A stretch of 56,804 bases of DNA, the filler included, from Sphacelaria rigidula (taxonomy: Eukaryota), in assembly GCA_964200075.2 (NCBI GenBank). It is 5 parts of 5 records of this genome, joined end to end, with 100 filler letters (N's around TTAATTAATTAA, not from the genome) between each part and the next. Parts side by side here need not be neighbours in the genome. Positions count along the whole stretch, not along the records: positions 34,146 to 45,425 come from CAXNAA020005123.1; positions 45,526 to 56,804 come from CAXNAA020005124.1; 3 more parts are not named here. One strand, written 5' to 3'. The notes below the pieces were generated by a model. The model saw only the letters and a list, made by a program, of their open reading frames with translations, made no database searches and was not told the DNA's origin. The position numbers and the translations under genes are program-made. This document shows, piece by piece, positions 39,701-50,954 of the stretch; within the stretch, counting starts at the first letter, position 1; every line of letters begins with the position of its first letter.

Positions 39701-40239
39701 TCATCCGAATCCGCCAAACTTACTTGGCTCTAGTGTGGAGAACCGATTGTCACTCAACTAGGCCTGAGCTGTGGAGTTGCATAAACAAAACTGAACCTTG
39801 CGCGGGAAGGTGGGGCTGTGCATCCGTGCCTTGTGACCCTCGAGGATTGTGCCTTTTACTCTGAAGGGGAGCAAAGCGTGAACGGAGAACGCAACCAGCG
39901 ACGTATAGGAAATAGAGAGAGGAAGCTGGCCAGCACAAGCAAACGCTTTTACAAGGGCGCAGCACGTGTTCACTTATTGAAGCAAGGTTTCACCCAAACA
40001 CAGCCGACACACGGATTGCATTCTAGGACCTGCGTTTCTCTCTTCCCTTTATTATCGCTATCCCGCAGAGCAAGTCAGTTGTTGGCAATCAATCTTCGCG
40101 TTTCTACAGAAATTCGAGTACTTTGTTTTTGGCGCGATAGCAAAACGCACCACCAAAAACACAGCATAACAGCAGCAGCAGGACAGATCACGGGGAGGGC
40201 GGTGTTTGAAATCGACACTGCGCGCAAGTTGCTGTGACA

Positions 40240-43200
40240 GAGGGGTCAGCACAGTGTCGGCGCAGACGGTTCAAAACGCTGGTGGAGTAGCTGCGGGTAC
40301 TATCGCGGCAGCGAGATCGCCTGTCGGGGAATCTGATAGTGTACACAAGCGAGCTCGCACGAGAAGCGAGCCGAGTAGCAGTCTGGTGAAGCGTTCAGGC
40401 GGAGCTGGAGAAACCAGGAGAAAGGGCCTGACTTTTACACTGGGATCGGCTCGTAACGACTGCAACCACGAGGCGGAAAATAAGGTACGGATCTTATGCT
40501 CATCTCCGTACCTCTCGCGAACTACACGTAACGTCGTGATTCTGAATCACAAAGGTGATATGTGGGCTAGGGTACGCGGGCTGAAAGATGGGATGGGACG
40601 ACATCGCGAGGGCTTGGGGTGGGAGTGGGCAAGCAGCGAAGGTTCGTTTGTCGATGTCGTATCCTCTAAAATTCTCTTTTGTTAGCGCTTCGAAGCGTTA
40701 GGTGACTAGAGCGTGTGTATCCTTCGCTCATGTCGCCAAACCCCTCCCGAAACATATCTTAAGATGTTTAGCTCGACGCTTCTGTAGAAATTTGGTTCCC
40801 GACACCGAGCCTAGTCTGTGACAGTAAATTTGTGAGTCACGAAGATGCTGAGGTTCAGCGAGTATGCGCCGATTGGGGGGGCGACGGCTGCAAGGACATG
40901 TGGCAAAATGTTGTTTCATATGACCATGTTTCTCGAGTTTCCGCGCATGTGTCTGGCTCGAAATGTTGCGGAAATCAAGGACCGTGATACCAATCTTGCC
41001 GTCGCCCAGAGTCACTTGTCGCGTGTCATGTGGCAGTCTCTCACGTTGCCTGCTACTATGCACAGGAGCGGGGGTGGGGGGGGGGGGTGCATATCAGCCT
41101 TTTTATTTGATTGAAGGCACATGCAGTATGCAGTGACTCTCGAGGATGAGCACGGATGTTCGCATCGTGTGTCCAGTACCATTTTCTTCTCTTCTCCTTT
41201 CTTGTCGGTCATATATCTCGTCTGTATATGTGGCGTATTTTTTTCAGCTTTTTGCAGTTCATCTCCGGGACCAGGTCCTACAGTTTACTCCCAGGTGTTG
41301 TGCATCAAAAGTGAAATAAAAGGGCCAACACGGGCTGCCATTTTTGTTGCTCTTCGTGGACTGTATGCGTCATAGTACGTACGCGTTTAGAGGGTGCTTA
41401 TACCCACCCTCTCGTGCGTGGATGTAAGCTTCGACAGGTGGGGTTTCTGAATCACACACCGAGTAACGCGAACAACCGCATGATTTTACTTTTGTGTTCC
41501 TCTTCGCCTTCAGAAGGTGCACTTCGCGTGCTTCGTCTTCTATATCTCATCATCAGCAACAGTCGGTAATTTGCTGAAATAGCCCATACCGATGAAGCAC
41601 CGACCATACGCGCATGCATCTGACACGGATTTCCGTCTTCAAGGAACCAGGAGCGCAATCCGAGACCTTCACATCGAATCGAATCGTACCTTGACTTGGT
41701 GGACACACAAACACGGAGAGCATATCAGTTTACTGGTTGCAGGTGCGGGGACACATAACCACGTCCTCACCCTTCAAATGCGTCCTCATTTCCGGGTCGT
41801 CTCTGTTATTATCGTGCACCATACGTTATACAGGCAGACGGTCGGAGATACGCTGTACGTACTGTTGTACTGCCGCGAACGTCTATTTATGAGTGCATTT
41901 GTTGAGATTATATAAATGGTTAGTTGCAATTAAATGGCTGCGGCAGTTTTTTTCCCGTATTTTTGTCCCTCGACGAGGGTGGGGGTTGGTTTGGTCGTTG
42001 TGTCAAGTACAAGTACTGTCTGTAACGCGACTGAAAAGTGTCCCTTCGCCTTTGTCAATGCTCCTCACGTATGGACCATGTGCGCATGAATGATACCTGG
42101 CAAATGGCCTCTAGCGTTCGCTCGCCCCCCCGCGCTATCGTCCCATCTCTGAATGAGTTCACGTCCCTATTATTAGCTGTCGGCAGTCTTTCCACTTTCC
42201 ACCACATCCCACACAAAGCCCACACGTGTAAATTTGCACGGAAAGATAGCGACATCTCCGCAGCGCTTGTGCGTTTTTCCCCGCGTAAATTGATGGTCGT
42301 AGAACTGATGGAATTGAGCGCGTTCTCTTCCCCTTCCATGCTCGCGGTGCGAGACCGGGCCGCAGGCAGCACAACTGCCGCACTTCACCGAACCTTCACG
42401 CGCCTGAGTTCGTTCGTCATTGATCTATTGCACCGGCATCATATTATTTTAATTTTTTTTGACCCTGCTGGCGTTCCTGGGGTGAATTCGTTCTCCTGTC
42501 TGCACTAAAATCCTCCCTATGAAGTGTATCCCGAATCTCCCTTCCCATGCCGCACAACGGTTGGCCAGTAAGTCAACGGGTGCTACTCTTTGTAAGACTG
42601 CCGATATATTAATCGTGTTTCAACCCCGCCCGTCTTTGTATCTAGCGTGGTGCGATTAGAACGACGAAAGCCTCGGGATTTGGGAATGATGACGTGCGCT
42701 CATGTACACGAAACTGCTCATTCCTGGACACACGGGACCTCCAACATATCTCCACCGTGTACTACAATGACACTCAAATTGTGTAATCGTGTAGACGCTT
42801 ACACCAGTGGGAAGGATAACTATCGCGAGCTTGACTCGAAAACCCCCAATGTACATTTTTTTCAGTCCAAATCCATTCGTTTCGTGCATCCCCCCCCCTC
42901 CCCCCGTGCACCCCAACGGCTTGGTTCTGTACCAGCTTCCACCAGCGCTGAAAGCTGTCGAACCCGAAGAGAGGGTGGTTCGAAAGTAACAGGGGGTGCA
43001 AAGCACGGTGGCACAAGGACAGCGGGCCGAAGCCTTCGACCAGACGCCCCGGACAATCCCGGGCAACCACGTGAACACCATCGATACCATCACTGCAACT
43101 GCCACCATGGGCGTGGGCATCAGCGCATGCAAGGGAGTAGTAGCCCCTACATCCGAAGAGAAGGATGGGCGAGGAGGGCAAGCACTAACAACGGTAACGC

Positions 43201-43499
43201 GGCTGCCGTTCCTGCCACAATTCGAGGACCGGCCGCCCTTCAAGCCAACCGTCACCCTCTGCGACGCAGACTCATCTCTGCTCAAGGCGCTGACACATCA
43301 CCGTACACCCTTCGCTGTCGTGGATGTGTCCAGGCCGGAAAACTTGACAGTGATCCACGCCAGCGGGGGCTTCGTCGCGGGCATGCGGTGCCCGGTGGAG
43401 AGCATCGAAGGCACCAAGTTTACTGAGGTGTTGAAGAAGGGGATAAAGCCGCCGGCAGCAGACGTGGAGAGATTGGCGGCCGCGATTCGGTCAGGCGAG
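40240..43499 (+). CDS. Aureochrome-like (degenerate bZIP + LOV/PAS) gene, partial, possibly a pseudogene
   Basis: Exon 42936 (or 42993)-43499 encodes LCDADSSLLKAL...FAVVDVSRPEN...VIHASGGF...IEGTKFTEVL...DVERLAAAIRSGE. This resembles the aureochrome A'alpha-LOV pattern (DxSxxKAL; FVVTDPxLPDNPIVYASxGF; AVxRIRxAI). A candidate upstream exon ending at 40484 (...RRKGL...EAENK|GT) splices in phase; this part is weaker. In-frame TAA at 42987-42989 if the 42935 acceptor is used. Confidence 0.62.
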
Positions 43500-44071
43500 G
43501 TGTGTGTGTCCCGTGTGTCCCGTGTGTCCGTCGGGCCTCGGTTTTCTGACTTTCAGGGGTTTTGAGGTCCTTGCGTCGTCCTCGAGTGTTCGCTCATGTT
43601 CAATCAAGGAACTTGCATCAATTCCCATCATCGCCTCGCGCTCCCCATTGAATATTGTGTAGGATTGAAATAGAGAAGAGTATGTTGATCAGCAAGTCGT
43701 TAGCTGTGGGAGATAACAGTTGGTGTGTTCATCCTATGTCACGACCGATCCGACGCTCAAACCTTTTGTAGCGTTGTGTTTCAAAAATACAAAAATACCA
43801 CCTCTCTTGAAGCAAGGATTCCTCAAGTGTCCCCCTCCTAGCATAACTGGGAAACGGGGATATGCAAGGCATCCCTTGAAGTACGTTGGGGGCGGGTTAT
43901 CTTGGAGGAGGGAGCCCTTAGCTGTCGCGTCTGCAGCCGGTTCCGAAGTTGACGTTTCGCTGACATTTTGTTCTGAATGGCATCCTTGTTTTACGGGGGT
44001 TGGTGTGCCCTCGGCGTTTGGGGTTGGTGTGCCCTCGGCGTTTGGGGTTTGGGCGAATCTGGCGTTGCTTC

Positions 44072-44320
44072 CACGGTTAGTACAAATCATCACGACTCGA
44101 AATCACCAAATTCACGATTTCGGCCTGATTGCCCAAAAGGAAGAAAAAAGTTTATCGCTAGTCCAAGGGGTATCCAAGCAACTTTGCGCCATCCCACGTG
44201 TCTGGACTGCGTGTACCTGGGTTGCAGCGCTCAAATGAAGCCTAGAGACTGATTCGCCACGAGTCGACTCATCATACTAAAACGAAGTAATTTACAGACT
44301 CATTATTTGTCCGACCCTTC
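44072..44320. mobile_element. Second, inverted and diverged copy of the hAT-like MITE
   Basis: Aligns along its length with the reverse complement of 34826-35085 (CACGGTTAG.ACAAATCATCACG...GATTGCCCAAAAGG...CTGCGTGTACC.GGGTTGCA...ATTTGTCCG). No TSD retained. Confidence 0.8.
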
Positions 44321-45228
44321 TGTGTATTATCCCATTACTAGACAAGAACTTAGGCAGCTGGTTCTAGCAAACAAAAAAGAAGTCCTGTAAAAATGCTTTT
44401 TTGGTCCTTCTTCATCGTTTTACGCCCTCAAGACACGTTTGGATGCCTTGCTGTAGTTGTTGAGACGGTTCTAGGACATCTTCGCGTTGTGCGGTGGCCG
44501 CTTTTGTTTTTGCCAAACTTGAAATTTTGTTCAAGAGCGATCAAATTTATGAGGAAAAAACTCAACTTGACTGTCCCTGGACAACATTCGTGTCTGAGCA
44601 AAATATAAGCTGCGGCTACGGGAATACGCGAAGATGTCCAGGAAGTAGGCTTCTGCTTCTTTCGCGTTTTTTTCTCTTTTTTATGCGCGGTTTTCCATTT
44701 TTTTTCATGTTCAAAAGTAAGCATTATGCGCTGATTTATGCGTCTTAAGGTGAAATATGTGCGACTTATGCGCCTTTTTCGTGTCCTTCTTGAGGCGGTT
44801 CTTGGCGGGTTCCTCTGTTTAATGTGAAATATGACATATTTTTTTAGATCAGTTCCACATGAACATAAAGCAGCTCAGATACAGCACCATAACCGATATC
44901 AGACCCGCAATAAAGTTCAAAAAAGAAATTACAAACAAAAACGCCACTACTCAACGAACCACGCCACATGAAGCACCCGTGGGCAGCTACTAGCTACTGG
45001 ACATGGGGTACATAATCCCGTTAGAGTATTATATGCGTAAAACTCAGTTTTTTGCCTTCGTTATGCTGAAATCTTCAAAAACGGATGTTCGCATATGCTT
45101 ATGCGAAATTATATGCGCGCATAAGAGCCACTTTTAGGCAACGAGTCCCGATTTTTACAAATAGGAGGATTTCAGCCCATCTACAGGCGATTTCCTCCCG
45201 TGGATTGATTTTTCGGACCCCAGTCCGT

Positions 45229-45425
45229 TGGACAATATTTTTCGGCTAGCTGTAAGCAAATCAGATCAATTCTCCGATTATGTTGATTTTTGGTTCATCA
45301 CATTTATGCCCAAATCGGGACACCCCCGCATCTCCCCGATTTGGGCATAAATGTGATGAACCAAAAATCAACATAATCGGAGAATTGATCTGATTTGCTT
45401 ACAGCTAGCCGAAAAATATTGTCCA
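45229..45425. repeat. Perfect inverted repeat, 91-bp arms, 15-nt loop
   Basis: 45229-45319 is the exact reverse complement of 45335-45425; the right arm runs to the contig end. Confidence 0.95.
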
Positions 45426-45525
45426 NNNNNNNNNNNNNNNNNNNNNNNNNNNNNNNNNNNNNNNNNNNNTTAATTAATTAANNNNNNNNNNNNNNNNNNN
45501 NNNNNNNNNNNNNNNNNNNNNNNNN
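45426..45525. other. Artificial contig linker
   Basis: N44-TTAATTAATTAA-N44. Confidence 0.95.
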
Positions 45526-47637
45526 AGAAATGGGACTTCAACCTCATTTTATGTTTCAACCCCAAAAATTAGGATCGGCTGTTAACCGATGGCTTGAAGG
45601 AACCGTATGGATAAGGGTGCCATGTACGAAGAAAAGAAACAGGAAAATAGTGTTTCTGTGATGAGTTTTGCCTCAATACCCATGTTACCCTTGGGCCGAA
45701 TCAGATGCTCGTTCACCCGAGGTGCCCCTCATCAAATATCCATATCCCGAGATTGCGGGTGCTGATTCAAAATCCGAGTGGATCATCCGGACCGGGTTGT
45801 TTGTCTGTCTACTGGAACTGGTTCCACGGTTTGATGCTCAAAAAGGGGTCCGAAAAAATTGTCCCCCTGTAAAGACGTACCGCTCGTTTTCGACATGCAC
45901 CACCACAGTGGTGTCTACAGCTGGCTTGAAGTTGTGGATAGCGCTACAAAACAGGTTTTTGTTGGGGGGGGGGGGGTCACACTTGTTTGCATTCATGTTT
46001 TCCCTTTGATTCACCTATATTAATCATACGCCAGGGTGATAAGCGTTATCAAAAAAAAAAAAAAAATGAACATGTACGGGTACACTCCAGTTCGGATCTA
46101 TACTGATCGCTCCACGCAAATTTCTAATATGATTGTGGACCTTTTCGAATGTATTCTCGAACGGCTGTCCAAACCCAACTCTAGCAATTTCCCCGAGCTT
46201 GCGAGAACGGTTTTGATATCATGGGAAAAAATCCCAATTTAATTTGCATTGGCGTCTATCGTAGTTTGCATATTCTGCACCCCCAAAATGGCTGTTAGAA
46301 TTGAACCTTCGGCTTACCAAAGGCATGCCGAAAATCCTCGGAACATGAAGGGGGCACAGAATGCCCTAGGCCACGTATGCGTTCACGGCATTTATATCGT
46401 GCTAGGGCACCCATTTGAGCAAAACGCACGCTGCGCACACTGGAAGCACTCGAGATTGTCCACCCCACTAAATATTCAAATCTCAGTCTCGCACCTGAAA
46501 AATGAAGATGTTCCATCAGTGGGTTTTTCATTAACTCTGTTATTGAACATTTGTCGGAGGGGAAAATTGATGGACCAACGGACGCATCACGCAGACCAGG
46601 AACTACGGAAACTGAGGATCAGCCACCCTCCCGCTGGAAGAGATACCAATCCACAGCTCTGGCAAGTGATGGAACAGCCCATCAGTACGAGTCTTGGCAG
46701 GTCATTATTTCCTACACACACACGGTCGTGACTAGATTAAAACCAGTGTGAATGATCTGATACACATCACGTGCAAAATACAGAAATGAACAGCGGCACA
46801 AGAGCGCGGGAAACGTCAGCTACTCGATAAGCCACACTACACTACCGGACTCTTGCCACGATCGATTTAGGCCTACACTCGGAATCAACAATCCTCTAGA
46901 TGGGCGTCCAGAAAAACGAATGATTCAGCACCGATGCTCGAAAAGCGTTCTTGATAACTTCTATTTGAAAACAACACAACGTTGGCAAACATTGGTTTAC
47001 CTCCCTCACACATGCGCGAAAATACCATCACGGGTCCAGCCGCCATGCATGGGACAGTAACGCAACAGCGACCATCATGTGTCAAGAGAGCACCATCACT
47101 ATCGCCCACCACAACGTTGTCGAGCACAGACAAACAGCAGAAGCACTACTTCCTACAAAAGCCCGGTTCAACGCCCAACACCCGTCAGCCATTTAGGATT
47201 CGTAGCCGCTGCAACGCGCTTCCTTTACATCTGCAACTCATTCTCCCCCACATGCCCCAGTCTCACCTCCACCCGACCTTCCTTCAGTATCACTACCACC
47301 CACGGGCTATGCTGCACCCTCGTGCCTCCAAGTAAGCGCGAACTCAGGTGCAGTAGCAAGGTCGGAGAAGCTCGTGCACCCTTTTATAAACCCACGTTTC
47401 CTTTTGTTTCACCATGACCACACCATTCCCTCTCTCCTTGTCATATTAAACGATCAACGCACATTACCATACCCCACCCTCTTGTTTCTCCCGGGGACTA
47501 ACGTCACAAGAATCCACATCTGTCACGTCAATCGATTAATCAATCCATCCATCAAGCAAGCAATCCATAAATCATCAATCAACTAGTCAATCAATCAATG
47601 ATACATACACACCACTTTTGGTGTTATGAACCGATGC

Positions 47638-48054
47638 TCAGGAGGATTCTTCTTCGAAATTTTCATCGATTTCTCCAACGGTCCACTTCACAAACTTGTC
47701 TATGATCTTGTTCGCCACGATCTTCAGTACCTGTCCCTCAACACTCTCCGGGAGGAAGGAACAGTCCACCCGCTCGTTCAGGGCCTTGGCGAGGGGGTCG
47801 GCCAGCTCCCCGCGCAAAATCTCCGATATGTTTTCCCGTCGCTTCTTGATGGGAAGCGATTCGTCGAGGGCGATCTTCAGGCATCTCACATACACCTCGG
47901 GCAGCAGGAAGTTCAGGGAAGGTTCGACCTGCGGCATGATTCGATCGACGAGCTTCTCGATCATCCGTTCCTCACGTTGCTCCGACACAAAAGGCAAGTT
48001 GATATCCTCGTTCACTTTGTCGATCAACACGTCCTTTTGCCTCTCGTTCAACAT
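47638..48054 (-). CDS. 138-aa helical protein of unknown function with two internal repeats
   Basis: Clean ATG-TGA ORF with strong C/G third-position bias, ACAAAC-ATG start context and a polypyrimidine acceptor 42 nt upstream (likely 5'UTR intron). Repeat pair: VNEDINLPFVSEQREERMIEKLVDRI / LNERVDCSFLPESVEGQVLKIVANKI. Confidence 0.85.
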   Translation of the reverse strand: MLNERQKDVLIDKVNEDINLPFVSEQREERMIEKLVDRIMPQVEPSLNFLLPEVYVRCLKIALDESLPIKKRRENISEILRGELADPLAKALNERVDCSFLPESVEGQVLKIVANKIIDKFVKWTVGEIDENFEEESS

Positions 48055-48812
48055 GTTTGTGTTGTTTTCCTCGCCTTGTTTTGTAGTTGGTCAGTCCTGT
48101 AAGCATCCGAGGTGAAACAAACGGGGGGAAAAAAAAAAATCAAGGGCGATATTGATATTTTCCGCAAACGGAAGAGCAAGACTATGAAGGGTGATATTTT
48201 CGGAGACGCTCGTCCTCTACAGCTCAACCTCCGAGGGGCCAGGCAGAACAATAGGTGCTCATGATCCCCATTCTACACTCCTATACTATGCCGCCGCGCC
48301 GGCGGTCTAACTGGTTTTCGGCAAGTCGTATGAAGGGTAAGTCGCATCCTACCATTGTTGTTCGGCCCTGGGCGTACTAATTATCTTTCATATGGGGTCA
48401 GTCTACCATGAGCTGCTTCATTTTCTGGTATCGAAGAGAGCCACGGGTTACACGCAGTCTCTTGGGTGTCTGACTATATAAACACTGCGCAGTACGAGCA
48501 TCCCTTAGGCGCGGAGTTCGGATTCTCCACCCGGTACAATATGATCTAGCTCGGCCACACCCATGGTGACCGCAAAAAAAGCGCAGGCGGAAAAAAAAAA
48601 AACTAACCTGATCGCCTAGCTGACGCAATGACTGGTGTCTTTCACAGCGTGGTTACCAATCGACGCAAATCCTCAGAAGGGGGTGAAATAATAGCCGAGA
48701 AAGCGTTAGTAAGTCCACGGCTCCATGGCATTGTTAGTCCACATGAGATTTCCATTAACTCAGCTGCAGAACAACAACCTCGCGCCGCTGATCAAAAGTA
48801 GAACGACGTTAA

Positions 48813-48910
48813 CCCTTTGACCGCGAGATTAGTCTTTCTGGAACATGCATACTTTGTTTCACTTGAAATCGATGCCGATTAAACAGAAGACTAACCTCGC
48901 GGTCTAAGGG
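48813..48910. mobile_element. piggyBac-type MITE (98 bp)
   Basis: TTAA|CCCTTTGACCGCGAGATTAGTCTT...AAGACTAACCTCGCGGTCTAAGGG|TTAA: TTAA TSD, CCC/GGG ends, ~27-bp TIRs. Confidence 0.85.
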
Positions 48911-50636
48911 TTAACTTTTTGATCGTCAGGGTAGGTCATCCGTTGAAACAGGATAATTTGCAACATCACCCACCCTGACGGCCAAATGGTTAGACGTGCC
49001 ATGAGTTTCATTTTGCGATCTCTACAAAACAAACGCCCAGATGCTAACTCTACAGCGACTGTACGGACTCGTTGGAGTTTCGTACTTCTGTCCAGGGGTA
49101 TTGCTAGTCACGCCGCCGCTGGAGGGGCCATAACTGGAACGGGAACCACAGGAAAACGATTGTTTGAAACACAGGTACAACAAGCAGCACGCCTGCTTCA
49201 ACCGCTGTGAGGCACGCTTAGCCGATACAGGCAACACCATTTCGATCATGATTACTGCAATTTTCACAGATATCCATGTACTTGTGTACATATATTTACA
49301 CCGAAATATATATCGTAGAATATGACAGCATGAACATAGTGGATATTTTCCTAAATATTCGTGAATAACCAGGGATGTACAAAGCCTGTTACCGGTAACT
49401 ACCGGCGACCAGCTTCGCGGGTAGGTATTACAGAAAAATCGGTTCATTTTCGCTTCCCGAGGACCCTGAAGTCCCGGGCCCGCCGTACCCTTGTGCATCA
49501 CAGCACATGAGCAGCACAGCAGAGCAGCAGCGGCAGCACATAACACACGGACAGACCATCTGACCCATGAGAAAAAAGTGCACCACGGTTCGATCCGCGC
49601 GTTCGTCATGTCACATATATCCGGTCATACATGTCCAAATATTAGATATTTAAACGTTTAATCTTGGTATTTTACGCTGTTTTTTGTAGCGCAACAGGAA
49701 CAACAGTACAAGGAGTAGATCGACACAGCGCATGACGGAAAAAAAACTCATTGCGAACACAGCACATTAGACCACACCATCACAGCACCTTCGGAGCAAG
49801 GACACAATATGTGAAATCAACTTCGGAAACCCCAGGGACGGGACATTATTATCCACAGTACATTGCGGTTATTTCGGGTCATTACCGATAGGCGAAAAAC
49901 TCAGGCGCGGTTTTGCAAATCTCTACATGTGACGAGTGTACCTCGTATTCACCATCACAATAGTGAGACCGGGGTGTTTGCTGTCAAAACTCCACGTCAT
50001 TTCAAACCAACTGTAAAAGTGCTGTTTGTTTCAAAAAGATTCGCACTGCTGCACGTACAGCGCGGGTTTCGTGTTTGAGAAGGTGAAGCAGAATGGGTGC
50101 ACACAACGCCTCGCCGTACGCATCAAAGGTGTTTCGGCTCTTGGCCCAGCGGCCTGTGATAATGCGCGTGCGCGCTGTTCTGGCCGGTGTTTCAAGTAAA
50201 ACCCCACCGTATAGTAGCGTTTGTGTGCACAAATGTAAGGCGTGTGCACACGACTGAATAAAACGGTCGTCTGTTCTCAAGAGGAGTCATAATATATTTC
50301 GTAGATGAATATATCGCCCTGTGACAACGGGACATTCAGAATAAGCTTGTTGGTGGACTGCTAGAAGAAGTCGCTGGTTTATCTTGTGTTTTTGTCACTG
50401 ATGCTCGGTGTGTCCTTGACCATTAAAGCTGAACGGCAAAATGCCACCCGGTGGTCACATTAATCTGTATGGCACCCAATCCGTATTTATTCAAACATGA
50501 GGGTTTACACGAGCAATAATCGGAGTTACACGGGCTGAAACCCTCATATTTGTACAAACACGGGTTGGTTGCAATACAAATTGGTGTCAGCCGAAACATC
50601 AACTTATTTCGTGCATTTGTAGTCTTCAATGAGGTC

Positions 50637-50954
50637 AGTTTACCACTTGGGATGGTGAGAAATTTCTCAGAAACTTAAAACTTCGAACAAACTAAAACAC
50701 TAATACTAACCCTAACCCTGATCCTAACGAAGGCACACCTAGAACCCTCGGGCGAGGGGGTGGAGAGTCTTACATAGGCAGAGGGTGCGTTGCCAGACCT
50801 CAAATCGGCGCCCGAGATTTCGACCAAAACGCGGTTTGCGCAAGCTAGGAGCACGCTTGGAGCATAGCCCCATCAAAGATCCGGATTTTCGACGTTCACA
50901 CTACAATCAAGTCGGAGTATCCAAGAATTTTCTCACCGTCCCAAGTGGTGAACT
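50637..50954. mobile_element. MITE-like element with ~29-bp TIRs containing a short (TAACCC)-like tract
   Basis: AGTTTACCACTTGGGATGGTGAGAAA vs TTTCTCACCGTCCCAAGTGGTGAACT. Related pieces (TGCGCAAGCTAGGAGC; CCAAGTGGTGAACTCT) also occur at ~32075-32560 in another contig. Confidence 0.6.

Noticed and set aside
48986..49174. First exon encoding a transit-peptide-like sequence, divergent from the 138-aa gene
   Set aside because: Only composition and a GT donor support it; no downstream exons with recognisable homology were found.
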